From the NCBI GenBank assembly GCA_963977015.1, contig CAXBMO010000004.1:160001-224000 (forward strand): 64,000 nucleotides of DNA, in the 5' to 3' direction. The translations under genes were made by a program, and so were the position numbers. This DNA comes from an uncultured bacterium (GTDB taxonomy: Bacteria > Verrucomicrobiota > Verrucomicrobiia > Verrucomicrobiales > DEV007). The notes beneath the pieces were generated by a model, which saw nothing but the letters and a program-made list of their open reading frames with translations, was not told the DNA's origin and made no database searches. Below are positions 38,296 to 49,163 of the stretch, piece after piece. How positions within the stretch are numbered: position 1 is the first letter of the stretch; every line of letters begins with the position of its first letter.

Positions 38296-38601
38296 CGGAA
38301 TGGAAAGCTTTACATCATCAGCGGCGAACGCGGCGAGCAGGCTTCGGTCATTTGCCTCAATGCGAACACCGGCGAGGAGTTTTGAAAGTCGCCAGCTGCA
38401 AACTCCCACAGCACCCTCGCGGTCCTCGTCACTGAGCAGGGTGAAATGATCATCGGCCAGCCCTCCCCGGAGCAATTCGTCGAAACGCAACACGCCCAGA
38501 TTCACCGCCCTCAGGTCCGCAACGTCCCAGCGTATTGGGAAGGCAAACTCTACGCGCGCAACCAAAAAGGCGAGCTGATCTGCGTGCAGATCTCAAAGTA
38601 A
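38296..38601 (+). pseudogene. 3' remnant of a PQQ-like (BamB-type) beta-propeller gene
   Basis: NGKLYIISG...ICLNANTGEEF*KS...TEQGEMIIGQPSPEQF...PAYWEGKLYARNQKGELICVQISK*; no start codon; in-frame TGA at 38383 where Trp is expected. Confidence 0.75.
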
Positions 38602-38647
38602 CACGGAGGGACACCCAAAACGAAAATCGACCAGCCCCAAAAGGACT

Positions 38648-39493
38648 CTACCGGTCGAGTTTCGCCCAGCGGGTCAGCCAGACCTGGTAACGATCCCCGA
38701 CACCGGCGCTGTCGGGATCGCTGGAGTAATCAAGCTCAACGTCGCCAACCCCGGGCACGGTTTCCACCACCTCGGCGATCTTCTTGGCAATTAGTGCGTC
38801 TTCGGTCTTCCGAAAATAGCGCACCTCATTGTCGTTGACCCGGCGCACCTCGACGGACACAGCCGGCACGTCGAACCCAGCGGCGATGAGCTCCTTTTTG
38901 ATCTCCTCGCCCAGATCCCGCTGGCTTTCGCTGGCGAGATGCAGATAAACGCGAGAGCGGCGTTCGATTCCCGGCATGGCGCGGTCGAGTTGGGTTTCGA
39001 TGGAGGTCAGGCCGCTGCCGAGCTTGGCGCGAGCTTCCATAATCTTCGCTTCAGTGGCTCCGCTGTTGGAGAGCAGGTTGGCGCGCCACTGGGCGGTGCG
39101 TAGGTCATTGATCACGATCACCAGACTGTCCACTTCGCCGCGCACGTTCCCGAGAATCTCGTTGGTCTCGGCAATTTGCTTCTTGGCACTGGCAGCTTCC
39201 GCACGCACGGTCTTCTCTCGTTCCTCAGCCTCGGCTCTCAACTTCTCCGCATCCTCCGCGCGCTGTTTCAGTTCTGCCTCCCGTTTGCCTCGCTCGGCCT
39301 CATGACGATGAGCGGCGGATACTTGTGAGCGCCAGACCTCCACTTGCGTTGAAGAGTAGAGCAACCAGATGGCGCCAACCGCCAAGGGCAGCGCCGCCAT
39401 CATCAAAACGAACCAGCGCGAACGCTTCTCATTCAATTCCGCGCGATAAATGGACTGCTCGAGTTCGGTGTTTGCTATCCGGATGTCCGTCAT
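38648..39493 (-). CDS. Membrane-anchored coiled-coil protein with a C-terminal LytR_C-like domain
   Basis: TM WFVLMMAALPLAVGAIWLLY; E/K/R/A-rich coil; RVYLHLASESQR...LIAAGFDVP...EVRYF...YQVWL. Confidence 0.75.
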   Translation of the reverse strand: MTDIRIANTELEQSIYRAELNEKRSRWFVLMMAALPLAVGAIWLLYSSTQVEVWRSQVSAAHRHEAERGKREAELKQRAEDAEKLRAEAEEREKTVRAEAASAKKQIAETNEILGNVRGEVDSLVIVINDLRTAQWRANLLSNSGATEAKIMEARAKLGSGLTSIETQLDRAMPGIERRSRVYLHLASESQRDLGEEIKKELIAAGFDVPAVSVEVRRVNDNEVRYFRKTEDALIAKKIAEVVETVPGVGDVELDYSSDPDSAGVGDRYQVWLTRWAKLDR

Positions 39494-39518
39494 GTGAATA
39501 TTTCTTACTTCATTGAGT

Positions 39519-40562
39519 TTAAAAGGTGCCGCCGCGCATCAATTGGGCCTTCTTCATCAGGATCGCTCGCTCGCGGGAAGGCAACGAATCGTCCATCAAG
39601 CCGGTCTTCACGTATTTCAGGGTGACGATGCCGGCGACAATCGCGCGAACGTGCTGGCGCAGTACCAAGGCAATGCTTGCCGTAAAGAGTGCCGCCCCGG
39701 CAAGACTGAAGAACAGCGGCTGACTCCAGCGGATCAGCCCCAGAAGCGCGCCCAAAACCAGCAGACCAGCCGCCACCAGCAACAGCTTCTGGATGCACTC
39801 GCGAAAAAGCACCAGGTTCTTCTGCCGCAACTTGAAGACCTGCTCGAGCCGAAGCGCCTGCCTCGCCGAGTCCTCCTCGGTCCAGGGATCCAACTGTTGC
39901 GGCGCGAAAATCGAGGCCGTTGCAGAAGAAGCCGCCAGCTCCACTTTACGCTCCGGGTTGTCCTTTTCCGGGGGTTCCTTGTGATCTTTGCTTTTGCTCT
40001 TCTCGCTCCTCTCGTTGTCAGCGTCGGATGACGCCTCCCCGTCACGCGGAGCCAAATCCCCCTCCTCATCATTGCCCGGCGCCAAGAGGGCCTGAATCTC
40101 ATCCGTCGCAATTTTGAAGACATCTTCGCCCTGCGAAAGGTTCAGGCTGTCGAGCGGACGTTGCAGATTGTGCAACGGCTCAAACTCCTTGAATTCTGAA
40201 TGCTCGTAAAAGCAATGTCGCGCCAGCACCTGCCGAACGCAGGCTCCGCGATGGCTGGCCTCTTTCAGCAGACGAGGCAGGTGGAGCCTGGATACCAACG
40301 GTGAAGCGAGCATATTCTCACTGGTCAACACCATGATGACGGCGGCGGCGTCGATCGCTGCCTTGATCTTCTCGCGACCGTTCACCTTGCGATACTCTCC
40401 CTCGTCGATCCGCGCCACGCCGCATCCCGTTGGCAGCCGCGTGCTCAGGGCCGTCCGAAGCAGATTCGCCCATTGCTCGTCACCGCGACTCGACAAGATG
40501 AGGATCTCGCCCCGATGGCCGTTCTGTGATTCGTTGAAAACGGAAAGGAAGGTGCTTTTCAC
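39519..40562 (-). CDS. Degenerate TIR-domain protein with two C-terminal TM helices
   Basis: TIR_2-like ILILSSRGDEQWANLLRTAL...IKAAIDAAAVIMVLTSENMLASPLVSRLHLPRLL...VRQVLARHC...FEPL...PLDSL; charged linker; two hydrophobic helices. Confidence 0.7.
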   Translation of the reverse strand: MKSTFLSVFNESQNGHRGEILILSSRGDEQWANLLRTALSTRLPTGCGVARIDEGEYRKVNGREKIKAAIDAAAVIMVLTSENMLASPLVSRLHLPRLLKEASHRGACVRQVLARHCFYEHSEFKEFEPLHNLQRPLDSLNLSQGEDVFKIATDEIQALLAPGNDEEGDLAPRDGEASSDADNERSEKSKSKDHKEPPEKDNPERKVELAASSATASIFAPQQLDPWTEEDSARQALRLEQVFKLRQKNLVLFRECIQKLLLVAAGLLVLGALLGLIRWSQPLFFSLAGAALFTASIALVLRQHVRAIVAGIVTLKYVKTGLMDDSLPSRERAILMKKAQLMRGGTF

Positions 40563-40816
40563 AGTTCGGGGCCACAGGCCAAAGTTGCCTGGAGTTGGGG
40601 GGGGAGAGAGGAGAACTCTTGAATGGACCTTCCACTTTGAACGGCCCGCCGGACAAATCGTTGGTTAGCGTGAAGGACCGGGTGCCTGAGCCACGGTCGA
40701 TCGTCAATCCAAAACGTCATGACTGACACCATAAGAATTCATCCGGGTGCCGTCAATGTTGTTCGGAAATTCGTCAGGATTACCTCTCCCCTCCTCCCCG
40801 CCGGAACAGCGGAAGC

Positions 40817-42094
40817 CTATCCAAACATCCCGGAAATCGGCTTCCCGCGATCGGTGATCGGAACCGGCCGGTCGCCGTCGTAAAGGTTCTTGCGATAGTC
40901 CACTCCGACAGCCGCGCAGATCGTCGCGAAAAAATCGGGAACGCCAACGGGGTTGGAGACGATCTTCTTGGTGAGATCATCCGTCTCGCCCCAGGCACCG
41001 TGATGCTTCAGACCACCACCCGCGAGAACGCAGGTAAAGGCGCTGCCCTGGTGACCGCGTCCGCCACCGCCGTCAAACTCCGGCGGACGACCGAACTCGG
41101 TGGTGATGACGAGAAGCGTCTTGTCGAGAAGCCCCTTCGATTCAAGATCGGTGATGAGAGTCGAAAACGCAGTGTCGAGTTCACGAATCAGCTCGTGCTG
41201 CTGAAGGATGCCCTCGTTGTGGGTATCCCAGCCGGTTCCGTTAAGGAAATTCAGGTTGTGGGAAACTTCGACGAAGCGAACGCCGCGCTCGACAAGACGC
41301 CGACTGAGGAGGCAACGCTGCCCGAATTCTCCACCATAACGGGTTCGCAAATCGGCGGGCTCTTCGTCCAGTTGAAAGACGCGATTGAAGTCCGGCCCGC
41401 TCAACTTGAGACTTTGCTCGATGGCTGCGTCGTAGCTCCGCAGTTCAGGATGGTTGGTCGGATCTGCATTGGCCCGAAGCGCGGCGAGAAACTGTTCGCG
41501 GCGCGTCTGGCGTTCGGCCGTAATTCCTTTGGGCCGCGAGAGCCCCGCCGGACCGCGGCTGGTGTCGGTCAGGTAAAGGTAACCGGATTGCGCTCCGAGA
41601 AACCCGGGTCCGCGGGTCACGTTGGGATAGCCGATGACGACGTAGGGCGGCGCGCCGTCGGCGGCAGCTCCTCGTTCGTGAGCGATGATCGAACCGATTG
41701 ACGGATAGCTGACGGTGCCGCTGATGGGACGTCCGGTGTGCATCCGGTTGGTGGCTGCGGCATGCTCATCGATCACATCATGATGAACGGTTCGCACCGC
41801 GGTGACGCGATCCATAAGGGGAGCCAGATTGGCGAAATGTTCACAAACTTGAACTCCCGGCACGGCGGTATCGATGGCCGGATAGTAGGAGCCGGCTTTT
41901 TTCGCTTTGGGATCTCCGAGCCGTTTGGGATCGAAGGTGTCAATCTGCGCCATGCCGCCTCCGAGCCAGATGGAAATCACGTGTTCGGCATTGCCGCTAA
42001 TGAGCTCATCCGCCGGATTGGCGAGGAGGGAATGGGGAAGCGCCAGTCCTCCCGCAAGGGAAGTTCCGGTTCCGAGAAATTGTCGGCGATTCAT
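40817..42094 (-). CDS. DUF1501 family Tat-exported protein
   Basis: [51 protein letters not shown]. Confidence 0.93.
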   Translation of the reverse strand: MNRRQFLGTGTSLAGGLALPHSLLANPADELISGNAEHVISIWLGGGMAQIDTFDPKRLGDPKAKKAGSYYPAIDTAVPGVQVCEHFANLAPLMDRVTAVRTVHHDVIDEHAAATNRMHTGRPISGTVSYPSIGSIIAHERGAAADGAPPYVVIGYPNVTRGPGFLGAQSGYLYLTDTSRGPAGLSRPKGITAERQTRREQFLAALRANADPTNHPELRSYDAAIEQSLKLSGPDFNRVFQLDEEPADLRTRYGGEFGQRCLLSRRLVERGVRFVEVSHNLNFLNGTGWDTHNEGILQQHELIRELDTAFSTLITDLESKGLLDKTLLVITTEFGRPPEFDGGGGRGHQGSAFTCVLAGGGLKHHGAWGETDDLTKKIVSNPVGVPDFFATICAAVGVDYRKNLYDGDRPVPITDRGKPISGMFG

Positions 42095-42132
42095 AGGTGG
42101 GTCGTTTTTCAGGTGAATGATAGGTGGAGGGT

Positions 42133-45100
42133 TCAGGGCATCCAGACAAAATCGCGGTCGTTGATCAAACTCCAGATGACGTCCTCGTAGACTTCGCGCC
42201 AGGCGGCCTGGAGGCGTGGGTCGGGGCTGGGACCGCGCTGAACGCGCTTTTCGACTTTGAGCTGAATGGAATTGGCCTCCGGGCGAACGTGGTTGAGCCA
42301 GGTGGCGAGAGGCAGCGGCTCAGGTTTGGTGGGAATGATTTGTTCATCCCGGGGGACGAGGCGTTCGGCAAAGCCGGCGCGCAGGGCGGGGAGAAAGGCC
42401 TCGCGCTCTGCCGGACGAGGCGCGCGGGTGAGAAAGCGGAGGAACAGCTCCTCCAGCAGGATTTCCGGCGACTCCGCTTCGACGGCGAGGTCGGCCAACT
42501 CACTTTGATGCGAGGCTCGGGACAGCGATTGAACCAGCGTGCCGTTGGCGAGGACGCCCGGTTGCAGCACGTTGGGATCCTCCGCACGTTCGAAGATCGG
42601 CATCTGGCGGGAACCGTTCCAACCGAAGGCTTCGAGCACGTCCACCGTGGTTTGGGCATGCGGGAGCGCCAAGCTGGGGCGATCACGCTCGTTATTGAGA
42701 CTGGCAAACATCCAACCGCGCCGGGGAACTCCGAGCGTCTGTCGCCGTCCGAGGAGGTGGCGGCCATCGTGAACAAAGGTGAGTTCCTCCGAGTCAATCG
42801 GTTTGCCCGTAGAAGCGTGCAACGTGTCCACAACCTGCTCAGCACTGAGGCGGCGGCGGGCGGGAGCCGCGAAAAACCGTTCCGCGGCTGGCAACGAAAC
42901 CAGATCCAGATCGCCGGGTTCGCGTTGATACGCTTCGGAGCTGACAATGAGCCGGATGACGTGCCGCAAATCGTAACCATTGGCGATGAACTCGCCCGCG
43001 AGCCAGTCCAGCAGTTCCGGGTGACTGACGTCGCGGCCTTCCCAGTCGTAAACCGGCTCGACCATCCCCGCTCCCATGAGCCGCTTCCAGGTGCGATTGA
43101 TCAGGACCCGGGAAAACCGGCGATTTTCCGGCGAAGTGACCAAGGCGGCGAAGCGCTCACGCGAGTCACTCGGTTTGGTCACGAGTCTCGCGATGTTCTC
43201 CCCATCGGAAACCCCGGTCGTCGCCGCGAACGGCCATTTTGGAGCGATGACTTCGTCCGGCTTGAGCGTCACCTGGATGAGCGATTCCCGGCCCTTGTTT
43301 TCGAAGAACCCGGCCGGAACCCGGCTCGTTTCCGGAACCTGTGTCGGCTTGCGTCCCAGCATGGCCGCCAGGGAGTACAAATCGCGCTGGGTGGTGCTGT
43401 GATAGGGGGAATCGTGACAACGGGCGCACTGCAATTCGATGCCGAGGAAGGCCGAGGCAACAATGTGGCCCTTGGCCGCGAACGGCGCGTCATTTTCCGC
43501 CGCAAGCGCGAACCCGGCACTGCCGCCGTGAGCGGAATCTCCCCGCATCAGGAGCAGTTCCGTGACCATCCGGTCGAGCGGCTTGCCGTCACGAAGGGAA
43601 TCGTAGAGAAACCAGCGAAACGGCCCGGTGCTGTTGAGCGACGGATTGATCAGGGTGGGGTTTTCCGCGAGGAGATCGAGCCACTCACTCATCTGGTGAT
43701 CGGCCCAGCGTTCGTCGGCGAGCAGGCGGTCGATCAGACGATTTCGCTTGTCCGGGCTTGGATCGTCCAAAAACGCGCGGACCTCGCCGGCAGTCGGCGG
43801 AAGACCGATGATGTCGAGGGTCACACGGCGAAGGAAGGCTTCGTCGCTGGTCCGCGGAGTTTTGGCGACTTTCTCCGGACTCACTGGCGGAGCCGGCCAC
43901 TTGGCGCCTTTCTGAATCCAAGCCTCAAGCGCCGCGATTTGTGCTTCGGGCAGGGGATCGCCCGTCGGCGGCATGATCAGATCGTCGTCATCGCTGCGGA
44001 GACGCAGGATCAGTTCGCTGGATTCCGGATCGCCGGGTACGAGCGCCGGGATTTCCGAGTCGCCTCCGCTCAGGGCGGCCTCAAGGCTGTCCAACTTCAA
44101 GCCACCCTTTTCTTTATCGCCGTGGCAGCGGAAACAGGCTTCGCGAAGAACGCTCAAAACCTCGTGATCAAAGGTTTCGCCATCTTCAGAGGAAGAGGAT
44201 CCAGCCAAGCTGGCCGCCTCAATGCGTGCATCAAGAAAGGCGTCGACAGGATGCCCGGCACTTGGCGGTGCCGGCGGAGGATTCTGGGAAACCCATTCCG
44301 CCGCGAGCTGATGGCGCTTCTTCCAAAACTCATCCTGCGATCGGGATGCAGTCCGTCGATTGCGATCGTCCAACGCCGAAAGTTCGGATTCCAGTTGCGC
44401 GAGAACGGGTTCAACCGCCGCATCGGTCAGCGGCAGGGGCGACTCTCCACCTGCGCGGAGGACGGCAAAGGAATCTCCGCTCGCCGACTCGATCGCGACG
44501 CAAACCTCGCCCGTTTCGGTCCGCTGATTCTTGCCCCCGGCAACCAGTTCCAGCACCACGCGGGAAGGGCCATCCGCCCCGGTTGGAAGATCGACCATGC
44601 CGAACACCTCCTGGTGATGGTAGTCCTTGATGCGAACGCCGGGATGAGGCGGTTCTGCCAGTGGCGTGACCGGCTCGTGGCCGTTCGGCGTCGAGGCGCG
44701 AGCGGGCTTGGTCTCGGCGACGAGTTTGCCGTCGATCCAGAGCCGCGCCAGGCCGCGGGTTCGCAGCAGAAAACGCCGCTGTCCCTCCGGCAGTTCCACG
44801 TCCGCCGCCATCCGAATCAGCACCGGCGCTTTCCACGCACCCCGAATCCCCCAGCTGTCGTAGCGCACAGGCACGCGGGGAAGCAGGAACACGTCGCTCG
44901 TCCAACGCAGACTTTCTTCCGGAAGCGCGACGGCGTTGGGCCAGCGATTGTAGGTGGGCAGACCTTCGCTGAATTGAACGAGGACTTCCCCTGCTTCGAT
45001 CGGTCCCAAATCCGGCATCTCCGCGACGGCGGGCAACACCACCTGCGGCCCGTCCTTTCTCAGGAATCGGCCGGCCATCTCCTCGTCCGAGAGGCGAGAC

Positions 45101-45846
45101 CGGTGAATCGCGACCATGTCGAGCAACCCCTGAAAGCTGTTGACGGAACTCCCGTTCAAGGCGGAACCAATCCAGACATCGTCGTCATCGACCACAGGCG
45201 GATCGGTGGTCGGGCCATCGACGTCCCATTTGCCTTCCGTGGGCAGCCCGTCGATCCAGCCGCGCATCGTCTCCGGCTTCCCAAATTCATAAGCCAGGGC
45301 GATGTGATGCCAACCAGTCGAGATCTGGAACGCCGCCTCCGAGTTCCAGCGATGCCAGTGCTTCTGTCCAGTGTCGGAGATGCTGGTAAAGAGAAATCCC
45401 AATTGAGCCAGGCCTCCGTTGGCGCCGACGACCCGCATCGACCAGTTCTGGTTGTCCCGGCTGAAACGCGGATTGTGGGTGCGGCCCTTGCCGACGACGT
45501 AGGCAGGTTGACCGGGCCGGAGCGCTTCGACCAGCACCCAAGCTTCGAGCGTGATCGCGTCGCCATTGGTGAAATCGTACTCGCTCTTCGGCCCCGGATC
45601 CTTGACCTCGAAACGGGCGCCGTTGCCTTTCAGCTGCACCGCGGTGTTGTCACTTTCGAGATCGGGGAACTCCGGCGGACGCGGCCCGTCTTGATCGCGA
45701 ATCACGCCGCCGCGTGGAATCAACGGAGCGGGCTCTTCGGAATTGAAATCCCATTTCGCGGCAAGGTGCGAATCTGCGGCATTCACCTGAGACGCACAAA
45801 AGGCGATGAGGAGGATACAGTAACTGGCTGAGAAGAACTTGGTCAT
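42133..45846 (-). CDS. LamG + planctomycete cytochrome C + DUF1549 (PSCyt2) + DUF1553 (PSD1) protein
   Basis: [76 protein letters not shown]. Confidence 0.93.
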   Translation of the reverse strand: MTKFFSASYCILLIAFCASQVNAADSHLAAKWDFNSEEPAPLIPRGGVIRDQDGPRPPEFPDLESDNTAVQLKGNGARFEVKDPGPKSEYDFTNGDAITLEAWVLVEALRPGQPAYVVGKGRTHNPRFSRDNQNWSMRVVGANGGLAQLGFLFTSISDTGQKHWHRWNSEAAFQISTGWHHIALAYEFGKPETMRGWIDGLPTEGKWDVDGPTTDPPVVDDDDVWIGSALNGSSVNSFQGLLDMVAIHRSRLSDEEMAGRFLRKDGPQVVLPAVAEMPDLGPIEAGEVLVQFSEGLPTYNRWPNAVALPEESLRWTSDVFLLPRVPVRYDSWGIRGAWKAPVLIRMAADVELPEGQRRFLLRTRGLARLWIDGKLVAETKPARASTPNGHEPVTPLAEPPHPGVRIKDYHHQEVFGMVDLPTGADGPSRVVLELVAGGKNQRTETGEVCVAIESASGDSFAVLRAGGESPLPLTDAAVEPVLAQLESELSALDDRNRRTASRSQDEFWKKRHQLAAEWVSQNPPPAPPSAGHPVDAFLDARIEAASLAGSSSSEDGETFDHEVLSVLREACFRCHGDKEKGGLKLDSLEAALSGGDSEIPALVPGDPESSELILRLRSDDDDLIMPPTGDPLPEAQIAALEAWIQKGAKWPAPPVSPEKVAKTPRTSDEAFLRRVTLDIIGLPPTAGEVRAFLDDPSPDKRNRLIDRLLADERWADHQMSEWLDLLAENPTLINPSLNSTGPFRWFLYDSLRDGKPLDRMVTELLLMRGDSAHGGSAGFALAAENDAPFAAKGHIVASAFLGIELQCARCHDSPYHSTTQRDLYSLAAMLGRKPTQVPETSRVPAGFFENKGRESLIQVTLKPDEVIAPKWPFAATTGVSDGENIARLVTKPSDSRERFAALVTSPENRRFSRVLINRTWKRLMGAGMVEPVYDWEGRDVSHPELLDWLAGEFIANGYDLRHVIRLIVSSEAYQREPGDLDLVSLPAAERFFAAPARRRLSAEQVVDTLHASTGKPIDSEELTFVHDGRHLLGRRQTLGVPRRGWMFASLNNERDRPSLALPHAQTTVDVLEAFGWNGSRQMPIFERAEDPNVLQPGVLANGTLVQSLSRASHQSELADLAVEAESPEILLEELFLRFLTRAPRPAEREAFLPALRAGFAERLVPRDEQIIPTKPEPLPLATWLNHVRPEANSIQLKVEKRVQRGPSPDPRLQAAWREVYEDVIWSLINDRDFVWMP

Positions 45847-45865
45847 GGGTTTTGGAGAAAAAGGG

Positions 45866-47488
45866 TTAGTTGGAGGGCAGGCCGACGATCACCAACGGAT
45901 CCACCTGGTTGTCGTCGTCCATCGCGTCCTGAAAGAAGAGTGTTTGCACCGTCTCGTGCGGGCCGTAGCCGAGATCCGAGAGATCGATCCCGACCGCGAT
46001 GGCCTGGAAACGCAGTTGAGAAACGCTGGGCTTGACCGGCGAAGACTCCAGGTTGGCGAGAGAGGGAACCGGCTCCTCGCTTTGATACAAAATGCGACGG
46101 GAAACCGACAGGGCATCGGCCGAAGCCACCATCAAATCGTAGCGCGGCACGGTATGCGATCGCAGCCGGTCCTCCCAGGGCAGCGGGCTCACGTGAAAGG
46201 CGTCGCCCTCCGGCGGGTTTGACTGGTTCTGGATCTCGAAAAAGACGATATCGGGACCGGGACCATTCTTCACGGGTTGATGGAAGCGAACTGAGAAACC
46301 CGGCGTCTCGTTCGGATCAAAGGGCCCCGAAAGCGGCTGCGGACTTCCGCCCGGATTGATGACCCCGGTATCGAATCGGAAATCTTCCAACAACGTTGCG
46401 CGCCGTTCCGGCAGCCGGGTTCCTTCCGCTCCCACGAGGTGCCCGATGAGATGCTTCGTCGTTCCACCGTGAAACCCGGTCAGCTCAATCGGGATCAGCG
46501 ACTCGGCGGAGTAATGATGCTCCTTGCCGCCCCGCTGCACCGTGACACCGGCCAAGGTTTTCGCGAGCCCGTCAGGTCCCGCTTCCGCTTGATAGGAAAT
46601 CACCCGGTCCGGCAGGCCATGCCGGTAGGGCTTCGGCGAAAAGGGAACCGCGGCGGTGAAGCCATACCCAATCATCCGAGCCTCTCCATCCGTCAGGTGA
46701 AGTTTTTCGGCGGCGTTCTCCCCGCCGGGATGAACGTCGGCAGCACCTTCGACAACCTGCACTTCCGTTTCGCTCGCTTCCGAGACATTCACGAAAAAAC
46801 GCGTCCCCCGGTCCACCACGCGACCGTTCGGCGTGTCGACCCGGAATCCTTCGGCTCCATCCGGGGCATGAACCGAACAGCGCCCGACATCGAGCGCCAA
46901 GTGATCGTCGGAGAGGACCCGGAACACGGCGGGAGCCTCGACAATCGTCTTCGCTCCGGCCGGAAAGGCCAATTCCACCGATCCGGAAACGAGGGTGTAG
47001 TCCCGCTGCAATTCCGGGTTCGACTTCACTGACGGAGTCCGCTCACCGAAAAAATTGGCTTGTGCCAGACTCGAAAACTGAACCCGGCTTGTGGGGGAAC
47101 CCGCCTCGTCCGCTTCGTGGGTCATGAGGAACGCCACCATCAACAACGCGGCGACCGCCCATCCACCGAACTGGAGAATCTGCGGGAACAGGGCGATTTT
47201 CGAAGTCGCGGAGCCCTCCGGCTGAAGCCGCTTGATGACGCCCGCCGAAAAATCCTCTCCGCTATCGGGAAGGCACTGAAGGGTTTCCTCAACGAAGGCA
47301 TCCGACGAATCCCGCGTCGCCAGCACGCCAAGTAGACGATGCGTTTGAAACGTATCCGTGGCGAGCTCGAGGAGCTGTTCGTCGTCTGCCATCAGCCGCT
47401 GCAACTCGGCAATCCCGGCTTCATCCAGTTCACCTTCCAGGTAATCGGACCAGAGTTCGTCAAAGCGTTCTTCGTTCGGATTCGTCAT
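45866..47488 (-). CDS. FecR-type anti-sigma factor
   Basis: YLEGEL N-terminus, one TM, GAKTIVEAPAVF, GFRVDTP, VVDRGTRF, VVEG. Confidence 0.88.
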   Translation of the reverse strand: MTNPNEERFDELWSDYLEGELDEAGIAELQRLMADDEQLLELATDTFQTHRLLGVLATRDSSDAFVEETLQCLPDSGEDFSAGVIKRLQPEGSATSKIALFPQILQFGGWAVAALLMVAFLMTHEADEAGSPTSRVQFSSLAQANFFGERTPSVKSNPELQRDYTLVSGSVELAFPAGAKTIVEAPAVFRVLSDDHLALDVGRCSVHAPDGAEGFRVDTPNGRVVDRGTRFFVNVSEASETEVQVVEGAADVHPGGENAAEKLHLTDGEARMIGYGFTAAVPFSPKPYRHGLPDRVISYQAEAGPDGLAKTLAGVTVQRGGKEHHYSAESLIPIELTGFHGGTTKHLIGHLVGAEGTRLPERRATLLEDFRFDTGVINPGGSPQPLSGPFDPNETPGFSVRFHQPVKNGPGPDIVFFEIQNQSNPPEGDAFHVSPLPWEDRLRSHTVPRYDLMVASADALSVSRRILYQSEEPVPSLANLESSPVKPSVSQLRFQAIAVGIDLSDLGYGPHETVQTLFFQDAMDDDNQVDPLVIVGLPSN

Positions 47489-48063
47489 GCCGCTCCTCCG
47501 TTCGCCAGTTCCATTCGGTCCAGAATGCAGTCGCGCAGTTTGCGGCGCAGTTTCCAGAGCACCTTCTTCACCGCAGCCACCGAGCGCTCGCTCCGCGTGG
47601 CCATTTCCTCGAGCGGAATCTCCTCTTCATAACGCCAGGTGAGAAAACGTCTCGACGGTCCCTCGATCTGCGAAAGGCAGGCTTCCAGGCAATCCAATCG
47701 TTCCAGAATCTTTTCCGGCGGATCCTCCTGACGGCGTTCCAGTTCCCGGCAGAGAATGTCCGGCGCATAGCGCGAATGGTAGTCGGCCACCCGCCGCAGC
47801 CGGGTCGTTTCGGTTCGCAACTGGAACCGCGCGATGGTGAACAACCATGCGGCGAAATCGGTTCCCGGCTGGTAGTCCTCAAGCTTGCTGTAGGCCACGA
47901 TGAAGCTGCGTTGCGCGATGTCATCCACGTCCACCCCCGGAGGCGCCTGGGTTGCGAGCCACGAGCGAAGGGCCTTTTCGAAACGACGCACCACCGGTTC
48001 AAACGCGGACGGATTCCCGTTCCGGGCGCGCTGGATGGAGATTTCGAGATTCTGGTCCTTCAT
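47485..48063 (-). CDS. ECF sigma-70 factor
   Basis: DVDDIAQRSF, FAAWLFTIARF, AVKKVLWKLRRKLRDC; overlaps the FecR start. Confidence 0.9.
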   Translation of the reverse strand: MKDQNLEISIQRARNGNPSAFEPVVRRFEKALRSWLATQAPPGVDVDDIAQRSFIVAYSKLEDYQPGTDFAAWLFTIARFQLRTETTRLRRVADYHSRYAPDILCRELERRQEDPPEKILERLDCLEACLSQIEGPSRRFLTWRYEEEIPLEEMATRSERSVAAVKKVLWKLRRKLRDCILDRMELANGGAA

Positions 48064-48203
48064 GGTCGATGTTCACCAAGGAATGGCAGGAAACCGACAA
48101 AGGTTACCCCTATTTTTTGGGTTCTCTCGGATTTGTGGAATCCCAAGGAAAAATGGTAGATTTGTGAGGCAGATGGGCGATACCAGATCAACGCACACGT
48201 TGC

Positions 48204-49154
48204 ATGATCCAATTCAACTCCGTCAGCAAGACTTTCCCCAAAGGCCGGCGTCCGGCCTTGGTGAATCTGAGCTTCTCGGTCGAGAAGGGCGAGGTTTTCG
48301 GCTTGCTGGGGCACAACGGCGCCGGGAAAAGCACTGCACTTGGCGTCCTGTTGGGTTTGGTGCACCCCGATTCCGGCGAAGCCGTCATCAACGGAATTTC
48401 GGTCCAGAAAAAGCGGGAAAAGGCGCTTCAATCAGTCGGAGCCATTTTTGAGTCGCCCAAGTTTTACGAGTACCTCAGCGGTTGGCGAAACCTGAAGGTG
48501 CTGGCCAGCTATTCCGGATACTGGAAGCGCGCGGAAGCGGAGAAGGCGGTGGATTGGGTGGGGCTGACCGAGGCGATTGACCGCAAAGTCGCGACCTACA
48601 GCCAGGGGATGCGACAGCGACTTGCCTTGGCGCAAGCCCTTCTGCCGAGGCCGGAGGTGCTGTTGCTGGACGAACCAACGAACGGTTTGGATCCCGATGG
48701 CATCGTTGAGTTTCGGGAGCGGGTGCGGCGTTTGCGCGACGAATTTGGCATCACGGTGTTGTTAAACTCCCACCTTCTTTCCGAAGTTGAGCAACTCTGC
48801 GATCGCGTTGCGATTTTGCGGCACGGCGAGCTCGCGTTTGAAGGCAAGCTCGTCGAGTTGAGCGATGGAAACACCATTTACGAGGTCAGCGTCGACAACT
48901 GGGATTTGGCGCGATCGGTTCTGGAATTGCTCCCGGTGAAAATTTCCGGCGAAGGACGAATTGGCGTTCCTGACGGAATCGATCCGGCCGATCTCGTCGC
49001 CGGAATGGCGAAAGCGGGAGTCAAGGTTCGAGAGTTCCGGAAACGAAAGGCGTCTTTGGAGAGCATCTATCTCTCGGTCGGCAGAAACGCCGTCAGCCTC
49101 GGAACCGACAGTGTTTCGCCGGATGATCTGCAACTTCAACCCACAACGGATTAA
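48204..49154 (+). CDS. ABC transporter ATP-binding protein
   Basis: Walker A GHNGAGKST, signature YSQGMRQR, Walker B LLLDEP, H-loop NSH. Confidence 0.95.
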   Translation: MIQFNSVSKTFPKGRRPALVNLSFSVEKGEVFGLLGHNGAGKSTALGVLLGLVHPDSGEAVINGISVQKKREKALQSVGAIFESPKFYEYLSGWRNLKVLASYSGYWKRAEAEKAVDWVGLTEAIDRKVATYSQGMRQRLALAQALLPRPEVLLLDEPTNGLDPDGIVEFRERVRRLRDEFGITVLLNSHLLSEVEQLCDRVAILRHGELAFEGKLVELSDGNTIYEVSVDNWDLARSVLELLPVKISGEGRIGVPDGIDPADLVAGMAKAGVKVREFRKRKASLESIYLSVGRNAVSLGTDSVSPDDLQLQPTTD

Positions 49155-49163
49155 CCCCGGCCA

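Noticed and set aside
21680-38385. Two in-frame TGA codons at Trp positions, suggesting TGA recoding
   Set aside because: Both lie in decayed fragments, one with a frameshift, and many intact genes here end in TGA.
42124-45831. 1235-aa plus-strand ORF (similarly 16903-18588, 32539-34314, 24041-25537, 29358-30794)
   Set aside because: These mirror well-supported genes on the opposite strand, have no motifs, and are expected from high-GC codon bias.
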